In this document: piece by piece, positions 62,034 to 64,000 of the stretch
How positions within the stretch are numbered: position 1 is the stretch's first letter
How the letters are laid out: each line of letters begins with the position of its first letter
Origin: Chrysomallon squamiferum
Taxonomy: Eukaryota; Animalia; Mollusca
DNA: 64,000 nt
Reading direction: 5' to 3'
NCBI GenBank assembly: GCA_012295275.1
Contig: CM022673.1
Location: forward strand, 1,612,001-1,676,000
The notes under the pieces: generated by a model
Told to the model about the DNA's origin: nothing
What the model saw: only the letters and a program-made list of their open reading frames with translations
The model's database searches: none
Made by a program: the position numbers and the translations under genes

Positions 62034-63237
62034 ATTTGTTCGTTTTCTCTATTTTCTTCCAATAATTAGGTTTTCTAACCTTAATGTTAAAAGGGAAGAT
62101 AGAATACGTAACTAACCTAATTTGCTTTGGTATAACTGCGCTAATTTTTGTTTTTCTTATTAGTATCATGTTAATTCCTAACAAGAATGAATAATTAAGT
62201 TAACTCCGACATTAAATAGTTTAAATTATTAAATAATGATTCCGTTTCAGTAATTTAGCCATCAATTATGTCCGTTCATCTAACTGCAGAGAAAGAGGGA
62301 GCAGACGGGCGCACCCTAAAAATAATCAACAAAACGCTTTAAGAAAATTAAAGTTTCAAAGAAACGTAAGGATTATATATCTTAAAAATGCATGCATTAA
62401 TTAGCCAACCTTTCGGTGTCTTGAATTTCTTATCTCTGTGTGTGTTTGTGTGTGTGCGTGTGTGCGTGTGCGTGTGTGTGTGTGTGTTGTAAACAAAACA
62501 TTCACCGCGAGAGAGACTGAGAGAAACAACAGGCGAAAAGATATTTAATAAAATGACTTGGCAATATAAAAAATATTTTTTTCAAGGTAAATACTTCATA
62601 GCATCATTATTTTTATAAAGTCTTCCAAGAATTTTGAACAAACATGACATGACCATAGGCCTACATGTAATATTAAACATAACTTTGAAACTATATTCGT
62701 ATATAGGAAAAAGGTGTTCACTTGATGAAAGCATCCATTTCCTACAAAACAGTCCAAATATCAATAGCTCTTAATACGGAAGAAATTTATGTGAACGTAT
62801 CAATTACTTCATTCGAATCAACAAGTGTATTAACTAAGTGAGATATCCGGGAAATCGTTCTTGGAATAGCAAATGCATTTGCTTACAGCACCAAGCGCTG
62901 TAAAAATGTTTTGAATTTTGAGCCGCTGGTAAGTGAATAGTCTTATCAGGCTGTATTATTCTATTTGAATTTTATGTACATGCAGTTATTTTTACATGTG
63001 AAAATGAGCTGAATTTAAACATATCGTTACGAATAGGGATAAACCTGTAAACGAATTTAAAACAAGGTGAGTCAAGAAATATTTTCAAATTCATTTATAA
63101 CCATGTTGGTATATAACTTATTGCTTATAATATATATTCCATGTTTATCTTTAATTTAAAAAAACAAACATAAAAAAACATTCTTATATATCACTTTAAT
63201 TTAAATAACATCTCAAAGGAAACTGACAGAAAAGTAG

Positions 63238-63240
<3 letters not shown>

Positions 63241-63304
<64 letters not shown>
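63241..63304. repeat. (GA)32 microsatellite
   Basis: Directly visible perfect GA run. Confidence 0.95.
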
Positions 63305-63307
<3 letters not shown>

Positions 63308-64000
63308 AACGACCGCTGCTCCATAACAATGAACAAATATAGATTTGGTAACAGATTACATTTATTTTATTCTATTATTATTTTCTAAAAATAATGTACA
63401 AATCACAATATATATATAGGGGAAAATTTACAGTTTTTATGAATTAAAATTTGGTATGCTGTGGTTCAGCTTACTGATCAGGCTGCTACCATCCCTCAGC
63501 CTGGCAAGTTGTTAAATGGTTTCAACGTGAGCATGAGGCAGTGAGCATCGCTATCCCACAGGATGCAGTTGGCAGCCTACTTCGATGACAGGGTTCAATG
63601 ACGCAATATGCAGCTCCATCAGCGCCTTCGTAACCTCTGTCGATCGTCTTAGTTTTTTCGTATTCAAAATGTATGAATAACTTTTCTCGTTTTTTCTTTC
63701 CTGCAGACAATACTTATCCTAAATTATTATATATAAATGCAGGTTTGTTTTCTATATATACTGGAATTTATTTATTTATTTATTATTATTATTATTATTA
63801 CATTTTTTTTTTTTTGTTGTTTTTTTCTTTCTTGTTTTTTCAGATTCAAAATGTATGAATTAGGATTATTAGCAATCGCAGTCGTCTTTTCTGTGTGTTG
63901 TTTTTGGTTGGCTTTTATGTTTAACCACGGGCTCGCCGAATTTGTGTTTTGTATTCAGAATCGGCTTTATTCTAGACTACACAGATGTAAATGTCAGATC

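Noticed and set aside
62865-62950. Hairpins plus AATTTTGAG resembling an Sm-site snRNA or spliced-leader RNA
   Set aside because: The Sm-like site lies upstream of the donor, the wrong order for SL RNA, and there is no match to known snRNAs; a 5' UTR exon explains it better.

Overview
AT-rich, intron-dense animal genomic DNA; the proteins and exon style suggest a lophotrochozoan or mollusc, which is an inference only. I assembled six spliced genes by hand with consistent exon phases. NCAPD3 (minus, 41 coding exons in the window, 3' end off the left edge) is head-to-head with GCAT (plus, 12 exons). Next come an inverted, divergent pair of HTATIP2/TIP30 paralogues, then SPRYD3 (minus, 10 coding exons) and UMPS (minus, 11 exons). 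The right end probably holds non-coding 5' exons of another plus-strand gene. Most ORF-track entries are exon fragments or microsatellite artefacts. Best leads: (1) one HTATIP2 copy has an extra upstream exon encoding a membrane anchor, with alternative donors that could give a soluble form or a separate 51-aa microprotein, while the other copy seems to lack it; (2) a candidate ~230-nt H/ACA-type intronic RNA in NCAPD3 and a motif-sharing element in a GCAT intron; (3) a decayed tandem duplicate of an NCAPD3 exon; (4) two GC-AG introns; (5) a MITE resembling mammalian Tigger4/MER46. All family assignments come from recalled sequences; no searches were run.
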